64,000 bases of DNA from a virus: positions 1-64,000 of the IMG/VR virus record IMGVR_UViG_3300045988_069050, one strand, 5' to 3'. Below, piece by piece: positions 1 to 9,636 of this stretch. Every line of letters begins with the position of its first letter. Position 1 is the stretch's first letter. The translations under genes were made by a program, and so were the position numbers. Below the pieces are notes generated by a model, which was not told the DNA's origin, searched no databases, and worked only from the letters and a program-made list of their open reading frames with translations.

Positions 1-40
1 CTGCCTGTCTCGTGGGCTCGGAGATGTGTATAAGAGACAG
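1..40. other. Illumina Nextera/Tn5 transposase adapter (GTCTCGTGGGCTCGGAGATGTGTATAAGAGACAG) left at contig 5' end
   Basis: Positions 7-40 exactly match the Nextera read-2 adapter with mosaic end; not biological sequence. Confidence 0.9.
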
Positions 41-282
41 ATTATACATATTTTATATATTAAGGGGAAAGCCGGTACAGGTACTTTATATAAATAGCCC
101 CCTGGGGTTATTATAAATTCCGACTTTTATATTTGGAGGGCAATTACCTAGATTCCAAAAATTCATAGAGTGAGTGTAGTGGCGGTCCACAACCCCTTTA
201 GTCCCCCCCCTGTATATTGATATAAAACTAAAACAAAAACAAAAATCAATTTCCAGTATTAACATTTTAAAATTTTAAGATT

Positions 283-729
283 ATGACACTCGAAGAATTG
301 AAAGACCAGAACGTAAGCGCAGTAGAAAGAGCTAAGGCAGTAGTATCAGCATTGGGACTGAAAGGTGATGAACGCTCAGTTGTTGTCGGCTTGTCAAAGG
401 GCGATAAGTTTAAGTTGGTAGCAATGAACAAGGTAGATTTGCCTGCAAATGCCAACCAACCAAACCAAAGCAACTTTACACCGATTACATTTAGCACTGA
501 CACAGGTGCAACCATTGGTGCAAAACACTTTGCGGGCGTAGAAATCGACGACGATGCTCCGGCAATCGGTTCAACTCCGTTGGAAAATGCCGCTTTCCTT
601 GTTTATTGCATTGACCACAATGTAACATTTAAGGTAGACAAAAAGGTAACGGAAGACATCGAAGCTACCACTGACCGCCAAGCCTACAAGAAAAATACTT
701 ACAAGCTGGTAGTGGAAGACTATGATTAA
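283..729 (+). CDS. hypothetical protein (148 aa)
   Basis: ATG-initiated ORF, + strand, no recognisable motif. Confidence 0.55.
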   Translation: MTLEELKDQNVSAVERAKAVVSALGLKGDERSVVVGLSKGDKFKLVAMNKVDLPANANQPNQSNFTPITFSTDTGATIGAKHFAGVEIDDDAPAIGSTPLENAAFLVYCIDHNVTFKVDKKVTEDIEATTDRQAYKKNTYKLVVEDYD

Positions 730-1814
730 AAGATTGGGGAGAAATCCCCTTTCTTTTACATACAAATAATCTTTGTAGAAATGGACATAAGAAAAAAGTT
801 TAAGACTATAAAGTGTTTGTATAATTGGGGCATAATCTATGACCCAAAGACTAATGAAAAGTTAAATTTCAAATCCAAACGTGTTTATTGCGTAACTTCT
901 TGGGCTTGGATTATGACCTATCAAAAGTCAGAAGAAGATATTCCTGAGATAATTAGGATAGTCTTTGTAGATTAACTCTAAGGTACTATGAGTTTTAAAT
1001 AAAGTGCCCACATGAACCCCATCATCGGAACGTTGGTTAACGGGGAAAACAACATCACAACAAATCAAATCAAAGTTTTTGTTTAGTTTTAGGATTGTAT
1101 CTGGCAGCTTGGAAAGACAAGCAAAATCTTTATACCTATCTGCTAATAGGTTTAGTGTTCAACGCGAAAATTCGGTAAAGGAAGGAGAGAAATTGTCCAC
1201 TAAAAAGACCCTCAATTTCCGGACTTTTTCCGATTTTCAAAAAAATCCGCCAGAGTAGGAGTTATATAGCTCACACTCTCTATAGACATTATTTAGTATT
1301 TAGCCTATAAAAAGGCAACAAAAAGCGAGGCTACGCAGAAGAGCCTAACACCAAAAATAACTGCTACAAATTCTATGTGCATATTCGCAAACTTGAGCAC
1401 TATAGGATTTAGGTTGAGCTATAAGGATTGGTCACTTATAGCAATATTATGAGTACTGCTGATATGTCAGTGACCGTACATATCACATATAAAATATGTT
1501 ATACAATTATGTTAGAAGTTGCCAGGTCTAAGAAGCCTGATTAAAATCTCTAGATAGTAAGAGAGAACCTCATAAGGGTTCATTTTCCATCTCGAATCTA
1601 TTCGCAAGTTTTGAGATTAGCTACCTCAGAATTTAGTGAACGTTGATAACGTGGTATGTCTGGAAAACATACTAAATAATCCCCTATCTTATACTAGTTA
1701 CCAAGATAGGGCATACTCTCAAGATAAGAACAACCTTTACGTGGTTTGAGAGATAAGTAAGCTATTTAAGCTGAAACTAATAGTTCTAGTAATAACAATT
1801 AAATTTGACAAATC

Positions 1815-1979
1815 ATGGAAGTAACAAAATACGTTGTAACTAACAATCTCTCTGTATTATATAATACTAGAGAAGAAGCAGAAACTGCATTTGAAGCAGA
1901 ACTAGCTAAACTGGAATCGGACTTCGCAAAGGGTGCATTCAAGCTCGTATACACAGTTGCTCCTTACATAGTAAAATAA
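1815..1979 (+). CDS. small hypothetical protein (54 aa)
   Basis: Short ATG ORF in otherwise ORF-poor region; read manually. Confidence 0.3.
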   Translation: MEVTKYVVTNNLSVLYNTREEAETAFEAELAKLESDFAKGAFKLVYTVAPYIVK

Positions 1980-2019
1980 CAATCTAAAACCTCGCGATGC
2001 AGGTCAATCGTATATAATC

Positions 2020-2181
2020 ATGGATACAATAATTTGGTCAGACGGACATACAACTACAATCAGCAGCGAAGAAGCTTTCAGAAGACAATATGAAGTTTAT
2101 ACTGACAATGGTTCTGAATGGCGAATGAGAATTGGTGATGCAGAATTTGCCTGGCATGGTAACTGTTGGATGCAGGTATAA
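2020..2181 (+). CDS. small hypothetical protein (53 aa)
   Basis: Short ATG ORF read manually. Confidence 0.3.
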   Translation: MDTIIWSDGHTTTISSEEAFRRQYEVYTDNGSEWRMRIGDAEFAWHGNCWMQV

Positions 2182-2628
2182 ATAAACAGAAGGCCAGTGC
2201 TGTAAAGACTGGCATATAACATTGATCGAGCTCCTGTCAAGTGCCACGGATGACAGATTTGAGTCCTAATACAGTGGTTTACGCTGTTCCTTGAGAAAGA
2301 ACAGTATAACTGAGTCTCAAAAGATTGTGTATATTCTAATATTTAGAAGATTGTGCTATACACTCTATAATCCGAAGTATTCGCACAGTACAAACTTGGA
2401 TAGACAAAGTACAAGTCTATACCTAAAGTTCTAAGTTATCTCTCACAGAGAGGATTATAAGAACTTTTATAAAAAACTCAATAACTTCCCAAGACATTGA
2501 GGGCACCAGTTTCTTATGAATAAATACTCTGAAAAGCCTATATATGGGCAGGACAGAGCCTCGAAAGTCTTAGACCAGAGAGATAGTAAGTTTTAGGTGT
2601 AAAATGCGATTAATAAAAGAAAAAGATT

Positions 2629-3222
2629 ATGGAACAGTATTTAGATGCAAAAATTAAGAGATTTACTCAAAAGCAATTATTCAAGAAAATAACTAAAGTT
2701 AAAACTATGCTAGGTTTGGGAGGATTACATCCTGAGAAATACCTAGAAGTTGTACCCAAACATAAAAATTGTGTCCTAGTTGACTTCAATCCAGCAGATG
2801 CATTAGTAAGAAGAAATTCTCTTATTGGAGAGTTTGATTTACTTACTAATTCTCCAGCGGAGAGAAGTCCGCTTAACTTCGTTGATTGTGATTTCTGCAA
2901 GTCCATTATAAATAATGGAGCAGATTTACTATATATTTATACGAAGATGCAGCTTTCTCCAATTAGAAACAAGTATATCACATTTACTTTTAGTTGTAGA
3001 ACTGCGGGAGACGAGAGAACGATTGAGTGGTTGGCAAAGAATTTCCCAGAACTTGATATTCCAAGAAATTACGTGTTTATAAATGATACAAGATGTAAGG
3101 AGATTGGATATCGTCAATATGTTAAACGTATGTATGATCCAACTAGAGACAGATTCTTGGACATATACAAATACAGAGATTCTGGAGATAACATGATTAC
3201 CGGACTAATTAAAATCCTCTGA
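2629..3222 (+). CDS. hypothetical protein (197 aa)
   Basis: Long + strand ORF followed by 7-bp hairpin (3251-3270). Confidence 0.6.
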   Translation: MEQYLDAKIKRFTQKQLFKKITKVKTMLGLGGLHPEKYLEVVPKHKNCVLVDFNPADALVRRNSLIGEFDLLTNSPAERSPLNFVDCDFCKSIINNGADLLYIYTKMQLSPIRNKYITFTFSCRTAGDERTIEWLAKNFPELDIPRNYVFINDTRCKEIGYRQYVKRMYDPTRDRFLDIYKYRDSGDNMITGLIKIL

Positions 3223-3287
3223 TGAGTCTTTGAAAATTAAGACGAAACTACCCATCTTTGGGTAGTCAGGATTAAAAAGAAAAAGAA

Positions 3288-3488
3288 ATGAGAAAGTACA
3301 ACAGATTAAATTGCGATTCAACTGTTCGCGCAAGATTTATAGATACTTGGGGACGAGTAATAACTTTAGTCGGAACCCATGCCTTCGAATATGCCATTCA
3401 CATAGAAGGAGTAAGAACAGTTACTGAAACATTCGAGAATGGAACATTAGCAAGAAAAAGATTTAACGAATTAAAAAAGAAACCATGA
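3288..3488 (+). CDS. small hypothetical protein
   Basis: ORF; stop/start overlap ATGA with next ORF (translational coupling). Confidence 0.45.
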   Translation: MRKYNRLNCDSTVRARFIDTWGRVITLVGTHAFEYAIHIEGVRTVTETFENGTLARKRFNELKKKP

Positions 3489-3718
3489 GAAAGAGATTTA
3501 AGATGAGCAGAATTGCTTCATCAGACAACTATGAGTTGTCAAGAAAGATTCACGCAATGTACCTCCAAAGATTTCACGAGGAGAACATAGAAGTGATTAC
3601 AGAGATTTCATCTACATTAGTAATTAAAGAACAAAAGTATATTCGGGTATTTGGGAAGTTAATTCCTGTTTCCGAAGAAGAATTGAGAATACATAACACT
3701 TTAATATCTGTGAAATGA
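3485..3718 (+). CDS. small hypothetical protein
   Basis: ORF, ATGA overlaps with neighbours. Confidence 0.45.
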   Translation: MRKRFKMSRIASSDNYELSRKIHAMYLQRFHEENIEVITEISSTLVIKEQKYIRVFGKLIPVSEEELRIHNTLISVK

Positions 3719-3957
3719 TGGAAGATTTGTTAACAATAGTAAGATGGGCAATAACATTGCCTGTTTGGTTGCTAGAACATATACTTAAGGCTATAACCTT
3801 AATAGTTCTGGTATTGGTAATCATCGTCATGGCGGTATTATATCCGCTATTTCGGTCTATCTGGCGTAAGACAGGACAGTCTGTGATTTTTAAGTATGCA
3901 ACAAAATGGAGAGGAAACTATCCGCTAACCAAAAAAGTATTTGACTTATGGCAATGA
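3715..3957 (+). CDS. small membrane protein (hydrophobic helix ITLIVLVLVIIVMAVLYPLF)
   Basis: ORF with predicted TM segments. Confidence 0.45.
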   Translation: MMEDLLTIVRWAITLPVWLLEHILKAITLIVLVLVIIVMAVLYPLFRSIWRKTGQSVIFKYATKWRGNYPLTKKVFDLWQ

Positions 3958-4234
3958 TGAGAAGAATTACCGAAATAAACGGTGAGATAATTATGGTAGA
4001 AACTATGATTATCGTAGGAGAGATAGTATTGATTACAGTACAAATAAATGGAGAACTAGTTCGCTATGAAATATTATCTGTTAGACAGTTATGGGAAGGT
4101 CGTTAGGGCCTTCTCAAGCTGGTCTGAGGCTAACAAATTTCGTATAACTAGAAATAGACCAGATTGGAGGATTGTATGACATACATCGTTGTATTTATAA
4201 TATTAATCATCATGTGGAAAATGATTGAAGACGA

Positions 4235-5194
4235 ATGAAAACAGTATTAACCCATACAGGAAAAATCTATGTTGATACAGAACATAGACTAGAGTTCTTA
4301 ACTGTAGGAGACTATGGTAAGGAGAACAACATCAAGGCTGATTTCTTAGGTCTAACTAAGGAAATCAATGGAGTAGAGAATACAGCAGTAGACCTAAGCA
4401 AGAAATGGGTAGCAACTATTTCAACTCAGAAAGGCTGTCCTATGCATTGTAAATTCTGTGATGTTCCCAAGTTTGGATTCTATGGAAATGCTTCTATAGA
4501 AGATATGGATAGACAAATCCGAACTATTATAGAAGGCGAAAGTGTCAGAGAAACAGACAGGTTTAATGTGCACTTTGCTAGAATGGGAGAACCAACATGG
4601 AATGATAATGTATTAGCATTTGGGCTTGCTCTCAGAGGTGTGGTTAAGTCTGCAGGGTTAATAGCTAAAACTGTTCATCCAGTAGTTTCTACGATGCTTC
4701 CGAAAGCAAATAATAAGCTTGGAAACTTCTTACAGGTTTGGTGTAGCATAAAAAATGAGTTCTACAATGGAGAAGCAGGCTTACAGTTTTCAATCAATTC
4801 TACAGACGATGAACAGAGAAACGAGCTGTTTGACTCTAAGAGTTTGTCACTAGCACAAATTTCTCAGTTGGCTAATGAGTTACCAATGCCAGTAGGCAGA
4901 AAGTATACTCTAAATTTTCCAGTAACCTCACAAACTATTCTCGATGCGAAGGAATTGTCAAAGCTATTTGATAGGGAGAAATTTATTGTTAAAATCACTC
5001 CTATACATGAAACAGCTTCTGCTATAGAGAATGGTTTCCAGGTAACTGGATACTCTGATTATGACGTTTATCGTCGCTTTGAACAACCTTTATTGAAAGA
5101 AGGTTGGGATGTTATAGTGTTTGTTCCATCTAAGGAGGAAGATTCTGACCGAATTACTTGTGGGAACGCACTAATCTCTGAAGAAAAGATTTAA
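4235..5194 (+). CDS. radical SAM enzyme (CxxxCxxC: GCPMHCKFCD), RlmN/Cfr-like CKFC signature; function unknown
   Basis: [4Fe-4S] cluster-binding motif CPMHCKFC seen directly in translation; 319 aa. Confidence 0.8.
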   Translation: MKTVLTHTGKIYVDTEHRLEFLTVGDYGKENNIKADFLGLTKEINGVENTAVDLSKKWVATISTQKGCPMHCKFCDVPKFGFYGNASIEDMDRQIRTIIEGESVRETDRFNVHFARMGEPTWNDNVLAFGLALRGVVKSAGLIAKTVHPVVSTMLPKANNKLGNFLQVWCSIKNEFYNGEAGLQFSINSTDDEQRNELFDSKSLSLAQISQLANELPMPVGRKYTLNFPVTSQTILDAKELSKLFDREKFIVKITPIHETASAIENGFQVTGYSDYDVYRRFEQPLLKEGWDVIVFVPSKEEDSDRITCGNALISEEKI

Positions 5195-5246
5195 CAATTC
5201 TTAACTAAGGAGAACGTAGTTCGCTGTATATAATAGCGAACACGAT

Positions 5247-5320
5247 GTCCCGTTAGCTCAGTTGGATAGAGCAACAGCCTTCTAAGCTGTGGGTCGTAGG
5301 TTCGAATCCTACACGGGATA
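5247..5320 (+). tRNA. tRNA-Arg(TCT)
   Basis: Cloverleaf by eye: acceptor gtcccgt/acgggat, anticodon stem acagc/gctgt loop cttctaa, T-loop ttcgaat. Confidence 0.8.
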
Positions 5321-5342
5321 CTAACAATTAAAAAACAAAACT

Positions 5343-5555
5343 ATGATACTATTTATTTATATCTTAGGAGTACTAATGGCATGGTTTCTAATGTATTTAG
5401 AAGAGAAATATCGTTATAAGAAGGAAAAGACCTATAAATTTACTTTAGGTAATCTATTGTCAAGCATATTCTTTTCTTTATTTTCATGGATTGTAGTAGC
5501 AGCGTGCCTAATATCCTTGTCGGATAAAATAATCTTAGTAGATAAATCCGACTAA
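5343..5555 (+). CDS. small 2-TM membrane protein (70 aa)
   Basis: ORF between tRNA-Arg and tRNA-Lys; hydrophobic. Confidence 0.4.
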   Translation: MILFIYILGVLMAWFLMYLEEKYRYKKEKTYKFTLGNLLSSIFFSLFSWIVVAACLISLSDKIILVDKSD

Positions 5556-5560
5556 TTAAT

Positions 5561-5634
5561 GACTCCGTAGCTCAGTTGGTTAGAGCACGATACTTTTAAT
5601 ATCGGGGTCCCGAGTTCGAATCTCGGCGGAGTCA
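5561..5634 (+). tRNA. tRNA-Lys(TTT)
   Basis: acceptor gactccg/cggagtc, anticodon stem cgata/tatcg loop cttttaa. Confidence 0.85.
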
Positions 5635-5688
5635 CTCTTTTTCTTTTATTCCGCTAGTAAACATTTGTTGTGAAACACGTGTTTGCAT

Positions 5689-5761
5689 CTGGGTATAGTC
5701 GAGTTGGTAAGATGCTACATTTGGGATGTAGAGACCGCAGGTTCGAGTCCTGCTATCCAGA
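5689..5761 (+). tRNA. tRNA-Pro(TGG)
   Basis: C1:G72 acceptor ctgggta/tatccag, anticodon stem ctaca/tgtag loop tttggga. Confidence 0.7.
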
Positions 5762-5966
5762 CAAGAAGTAATCAACATTCACTATTAGTACAGCAATTAG
5801 GACTGTAGGGTGCCTTTTAGATGAATCCCTGATTACTCCGATTAACAGAGGCAATGTCCTTAATATCGTTACCACGCACTGCGGCTATTAGCTGTTAGAT
5901 GATTTGGGGTGCCAAATGGAAGAACGGTAACAGCTATGTTAATTAGAACGAATCTGTTAATTGTAT

Positions 5967-6049
5967 GGGAGTGCGCCAACGTTGGAGAGTTGGGCTTGAC
6001 TGTAAATCAAGTGCCTATGGCTTAGAAGGTTCGAATCCTTCCACTCCCA
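5967..6049 (+). tRNA. tRNA-Tyr(GTA), long variable arm
   Basis: acceptor gggagtg/cactccc, anticodon stem cttga/tcaag loop ctgtaaa. Confidence 0.75.
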
Positions 6050-6747
6050 CAAATTTAATGAATATGTTAATAGGATTTTTAGTATTTATTACTCTAGAAA
6101 TAGCTATAATAGCTACTATAGGGTTTACTTATTTTCACGAAGATGATAAGAATTTCAAGAATTATCGCAAAGGAAAGAATAGCTGATTTGTTAGACTTAA
6201 ATTTCGTGTCTAAGATAGAAATTAAGACAGGGAAAACAAGGATTTAATAATCCTGCTATTTGTAGAGTAGAAATCTATTTACTACTTGAAAACGACAAAG
6301 AGTACTTTAATTCCAAAATGGCTGATATTATGTCATGGGCACAAAAGAACAAATGTAACATTGCTTTTTACTACTGCTAGTTATGGCTCTCAAAGACGGA
6401 TTTATTAAAGAATCTGCTTTTTGATGACTTTAACTATCCAGTTCCTAAAAAGTATAAGGCATTATGTGATATTTATTTCAGCAAGTTACTTTAATCTATT
6501 TAATAGAAGAAAGCTATAATGGAAGATTAGTACGAAGGATTATCTGACGAAGAACTTAAAGAGATTTTCGAAGATATGGAAGCAGACTATTGGATAGACT
6601 ACTATCAGTCTCTCTGTGAGTAAAACTCTGTTAGCGAGATGCGCAGAGTTTAGACCTAGGATATGGATTTTAGAAATATGTATACCCACTGCATATAGGT
6701 TAGTCATGTTTAAACGAGGAAACCAGGGTTCTCTACTAGGTCGATTC

Positions 6748-6831
6748 GGGATTGTAACCGGTAATTGGTAGCCGCGCAGACTGTAAATCTGCTCTCTTTT
6801 GAGACTGGAGGTTCGAGTCCTCCCAATCCCA
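6748..6831 (+). tRNA. tRNA-Tyr(GTA) second copy, long variable arm
   Basis: acceptor gggattg/caatccc, anticodon stem gcaga/tctgc loop ctgtaaa. Confidence 0.7.
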
Positions 6832-6852
6832 CACATTTTAATTAATTAGATT

Positions 6853-7047
6853 ATGACAAAAGAAGAAGCAATTAGAGCTATGTCTGAAGGAAAGAAAGTA
6901 AGGCATAGATACTTTAGTAAAGACGAATGGGTAACTATAAATTCCAGCGGACTATATGAGTTCGAAGATGGTGTAAAAGTTGACTCATCGTTATTTTGGA
7001 TGGACAGACAGGATTCCTATTGGAATGATGGATGGAGCTTAGTTTAA
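6853..7047 (+). CDS. small hypothetical protein
   Basis: ORF directly after tRNA, preceded by TTTTAATTAATTAGATTATG motif. Confidence 0.45.
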   Translation: MTKEEAIRAMSEGKKVRHRYFSKDEWVTINSSGLYEFEDGVKVDSSLFWMDRQDSYWNDGWSLV

Positions 7048-7074
7048 CTTTAAATAAGAATAAAATGACAACGT

Positions 7075-7326
7075 ATGAGTACGGAAAAGGATACTTGCCA
7101 GAAATCTGGTACTAGTGTAATATTCCAAAAAGAAATTACGCAGTGTAGGGAATGTCCTCATTGTAGAATCGCTCCTGACCCAGACCCCGATGACTGGTTC
7201 AATGACGATGATGAAAAAGCGCTTTGTAAAGAAGCAGGGAATAAACTAATTGAGGGAATGTTAAGACCTTACGAAAGGGTATTAATTCCGGATTGGTGTC
7301 CATTAAAAACTAATAAACAAAAATGA
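7075..7326 (+). CDS. small Cys-rich protein (CRECPHC)
   Basis: ORF with putative zinc-binding cysteines. Confidence 0.5.
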   Translation: MSTEKDTCQKSGTSVIFQKEITQCRECPHCRIAPDPDPDDWFNDDDEKALCKEAGNKLIEGMLRPYERVLIPDWCPLKTNKQK

Positions 7327-7775
7327 ATAGAATTAAGACAAAAGCCTATCTTGAGGTAACTTTAGAGCAGGCACGCGAATGGTATGAAAGCGGTAATGAA
7401 GACTTGAAGAAATTAGCTCTTACTACATTTAGTGAAGAAATGCTAATTCCTTCTTTTCTAGAAGTATTAGAATCAGAAAAGTGGACTGTATCAGCATTAC
7501 CTAGAAGTACATCGGAACAATTTGCTTCCCTAGCCCTTCTACAACTAACTGCTAACTATCTAAATAAAGGATGGAGCAAAACAGAGGGCAATACTGGTTA
7601 TTTTCTTGGAAAAGGTTCTTCTTTATCTGGAAAGACGGAAACCGATATAAAAGGAGTATACGTTGGTATGCATCAAAATGTAAAATATCCAGGTGTTGTT
7701 TATTTTAGAACCGTAGCTGATGTACAGAAAGCGGTGAAGATACTAGGAAATAAGTTGCTTCCACTATTCGAATAA
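7323..7775 (+). CDS. hypothetical protein (150 aa)
   Basis: ORF, ATGA overlap with upstream. Confidence 0.55.
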   Translation: MNRIKTKAYLEVTLEQAREWYESGNEDLKKLALTTFSEEMLIPSFLEVLESEKWTVSALPRSTSEQFASLALLQLTANYLNKGWSKTEGNTGYFLGKGSSLSGKTETDIKGVYVGMHQNVKYPGVVYFRTVADVQKAVKILGNKLLPLFE

Positions 7776-7782
7776 TTTGATG

Positions 7783-7855
7783 GTGTTATTAGTTCAGTTG
7801 GCAGAACGCTACATTGTGGCTGTAGAGGTCAGCGGTTCAAATCCGCTATAACACC
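7783..7855 (+). tRNA. tRNA-His(GTG) with G-1
   Basis: G-1 plus acceptor gtgttat/ataacac, discriminator C, anticodon stem ctaca/tgtag loop ttgtggc. Confidence 0.8.
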
Positions 7856-7885
7856 CAAATCATGTTTTATTAAATACTATAACAA

Positions 7886-8446
7886 ATGAAAAGAACTATT
7901 GAAATTGAATGTCCAGATGGCTACAAGCCTATCTACAATGCCAAAACAGGTAATGTTGAAATTGTTCCAGAGAATATTATGGGACGAATAAAGACCTATG
8001 AGGACGCTAGAGACTATCTTGGGTACTTATTTAATAGTGAAATCCATTACACTGAATCTGTAAAGGCTCTAGCTAAGTTGCAAACAATTCTGGATGCGCT
8101 GAACGAAAAGCACAAGTTCAATCTGCTGACTGGAACTGTATGGTATCCTTGGGTTCGGTTCTTTAGAATGAAATCAGTGCCGAAAGATGCAGAGGTCATT
8201 GGACACTTCCGTTATCAGGGCGAGAAATTCGCGTTGGTGGGCGGCGGCGCGGGTTCTGGCGGCTATGCGGGTCTCGGCTATTTCTATTCTGACTATGGCG
8301 TCAGCTATGCCGATTCCGATGTCGGGATGCTTGCGTGCAAATCTGAAGAGATTGCCAAATATGTGTCAACTCAGTTTGGAAAGCTAGTGTTTGATGCTTG
8401 TTTTGCAAGACATTTTGAAGGTAAAGAATTTGAGTGGCTTGACTGA
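7886..8446 (+). CDS. hypothetical protein with Gly/Tyr-rich segment; contains GC-rich island 8215-8340
   Basis: ORF; local GC about 60% vs about 35% background. Confidence 0.6.
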   Translation: MKRTIEIECPDGYKPIYNAKTGNVEIVPENIMGRIKTYEDARDYLGYLFNSEIHYTESVKALAKLQTILDALNEKHKFNLLTGTVWYPWVRFFRMKSVPKDAEVIGHFRYQGEKFALVGGGAGSGGYAGLGYFYSDYGVSYADSDVGMLACKSEEIAKYVSTQFGKLVFDACFARHFEGKEFEWLD

Positions 8447-8925
8447 TGAAGAAGTTTTTTGTACTTACGCTTGCTATGCTCTGGATGAGCGTAGCAGCAT
8501 TTTCTCAGATAACTATATCTCAGGAAGATTATGATAAGTTACCCAATGAGACTAGAACTCAAATTGAGAAGATAACAACAGAGAAGGCTATAAAGGGTGA
8601 AATCAAGGAAGTTTCTGAGTATGCAAATCTCGGTAAGGAGATTGGAGTAGCCGTTAATGAAACTTTGAAGGCAGTTGAAGATTCAGCCATAAGAATAGCA
8701 GAATCCAACCTGGGACAAACAGCAATAACTATCGTAGTATGGAAACTTCTCTATAAGGAGATAGCTGGAATTGTAGTAGGCACCATACTATTAGGAATAT
8801 CAGTATTTATGCTACTAACTGGTAGAGGAAAACTATCCAAAAACGATGAAGATGCTGGAGGTTGGATAAGTGTGGTAGGAGGAGCTGTATTCTTTATATC
8901 TTCAATGATTTGTATATTTGGCTGA
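8446..8925 (+). CDS. secreted/membrane protein (N-terminal signal MKKFFVLTLAMLWMSVAAFSQ, C-terminal TM)
   Basis: Signal-peptide-like N-terminus and hydrophobic C-terminus. Confidence 0.6.
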   Translation: MKKFFVLTLAMLWMSVAAFSQITISQEDYDKLPNETRTQIEKITTEKAIKGEIKEVSEYANLGKEIGVAVNETLKAVEDSAIRIAESNLGQTAITIVVWKLLYKEIAGIVVGTILLGISVFMLLTGRGKLSKNDEDAGGWISVVGGAVFFISSMICIFG

Positions 8926-9089
8926 GGAGCAATCCAGGCTATAGGCTGGTGTATTCTAGCTATATTCTGTGTATTATTGCTTCTTGGATGTATATTAGGC
9001 TAACTAATTGGTTAGCCCTCTGGAAGGGTGGCAGAGTCAGGTTTAATGCAACGGTTAGATGAATAGTTAGAAACTTTAATGTTATGTAA

Positions 9090-9482
9090 ATGAACGCTTG
9101 GGAAAGCGACTACAAATCACATCAAGGCAATTTAGGGTTAGGCAGGGCTATAGCTTATTATACAACTAATTGTATTCCTGTCCTGATTCCTTTAAATGAT
9201 ACTCAAAAGTATGATATAGCAATAGATAAAGATGGGTTGAAGAGAGTTTCTGTTAAAACTACTCAATGCCTATCAAAGAGTGGCAACTATGAAGTTCTAT
9301 TAAAGAATTGTGGTGGCTCTTCTGGACAATCAAAGATTAGACACTTTGATAATTCTACATGCGATATATTATTTATTGTAGTAGTCAACGGTGATATGTA
9401 TGAGATTCCTTCAAGTGAGATTATAGTTAAAAGTACTCTAACTCTCACGGATAAATGGGACAAATATAAAGTTTCATTGTAA
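9090..9482 (+). CDS. hypothetical protein, possible PD-(D/E)xK nuclease fold (DIAIDKDG...KRVSVKT)
   Basis: Motif pattern only. Confidence 0.5.
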   Translation: MNAWESDYKSHQGNLGLGRAIAYYTTNCIPVLIPLNDTQKYDIAIDKDGLKRVSVKTTQCLSKSGNYEVLLKNCGGSSGQSKIRHFDNSTCDILFIVVVNGDMYEIPSSEIIVKSTLTLTDKWDKYKVSL

Positions 9483-9483
9483 T

Positions 9484-9575
9484 GGAAGTATAAGCCTAAT
9501 TGCTAAGGCAGTAGTCTTGAAAACTACCAGTAATCGTGTAAAAGCGATGTGTGGGTTGGAGTCCCACTGCTTCCT
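9484..9575 (+). tRNA. tRNA-Ser(TGA), type II
   Basis: acceptor ggaagta/tgcttcc, anticodon stem gtagt/actac loop cttgaaa, long variable arm. Confidence 0.7.
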
Positions 9576-9627
9576 CAAAACCGTCGGGCGGTAAAACGTC
9601 CCCAGGGTTCGAATCCCTGTCCTTCCG
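9576..9627 (+). pseudogene. tRNA 3'-half remnant (T-arm cagggttcgaatccctg + acceptor tccttccg) without matching 5' half
   Basis: Canonical T-arm and acceptor 3' strand immediately after tRNA-Ser; 3' end nearly identical to tRNA-Ser(GCT) 3' end (..tccgcaattaac). Confidence 0.4.
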
Positions 9628-9636
9628 CAATTAACT

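Noticed and set aside
5965-6186. ORF-track proteins whose N-termini overlap tRNA genes (5965-6186, 13654-14088, 17169-17804, and 9474-9674 on the - strand)
   Set aside because: The overlap with canonical tRNA cloverleaves means the true CDS, if any, begins at the first ATG after the tRNA (for example 13762 and 17386). The - strand ORF 9474-9674 is spurious.
8187-8387. Alternative-frame ORF inside the GC-rich island
   Set aside because: It arises only because GC-rich sequence lacks stop codons. The primary frame (7886-8446) is continuous and preferred.
9484-9627. Single 144-nt intron-containing tRNA spanning tRNA-Ser(TGA) and the downstream T-arm remnant
   Set aside because: The first 92 nt already form a complete class-II tRNA with its own T-arm and acceptor. 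The second T-arm has no plausible 5' partner. It is therefore treated as an orphan 3' fragment.
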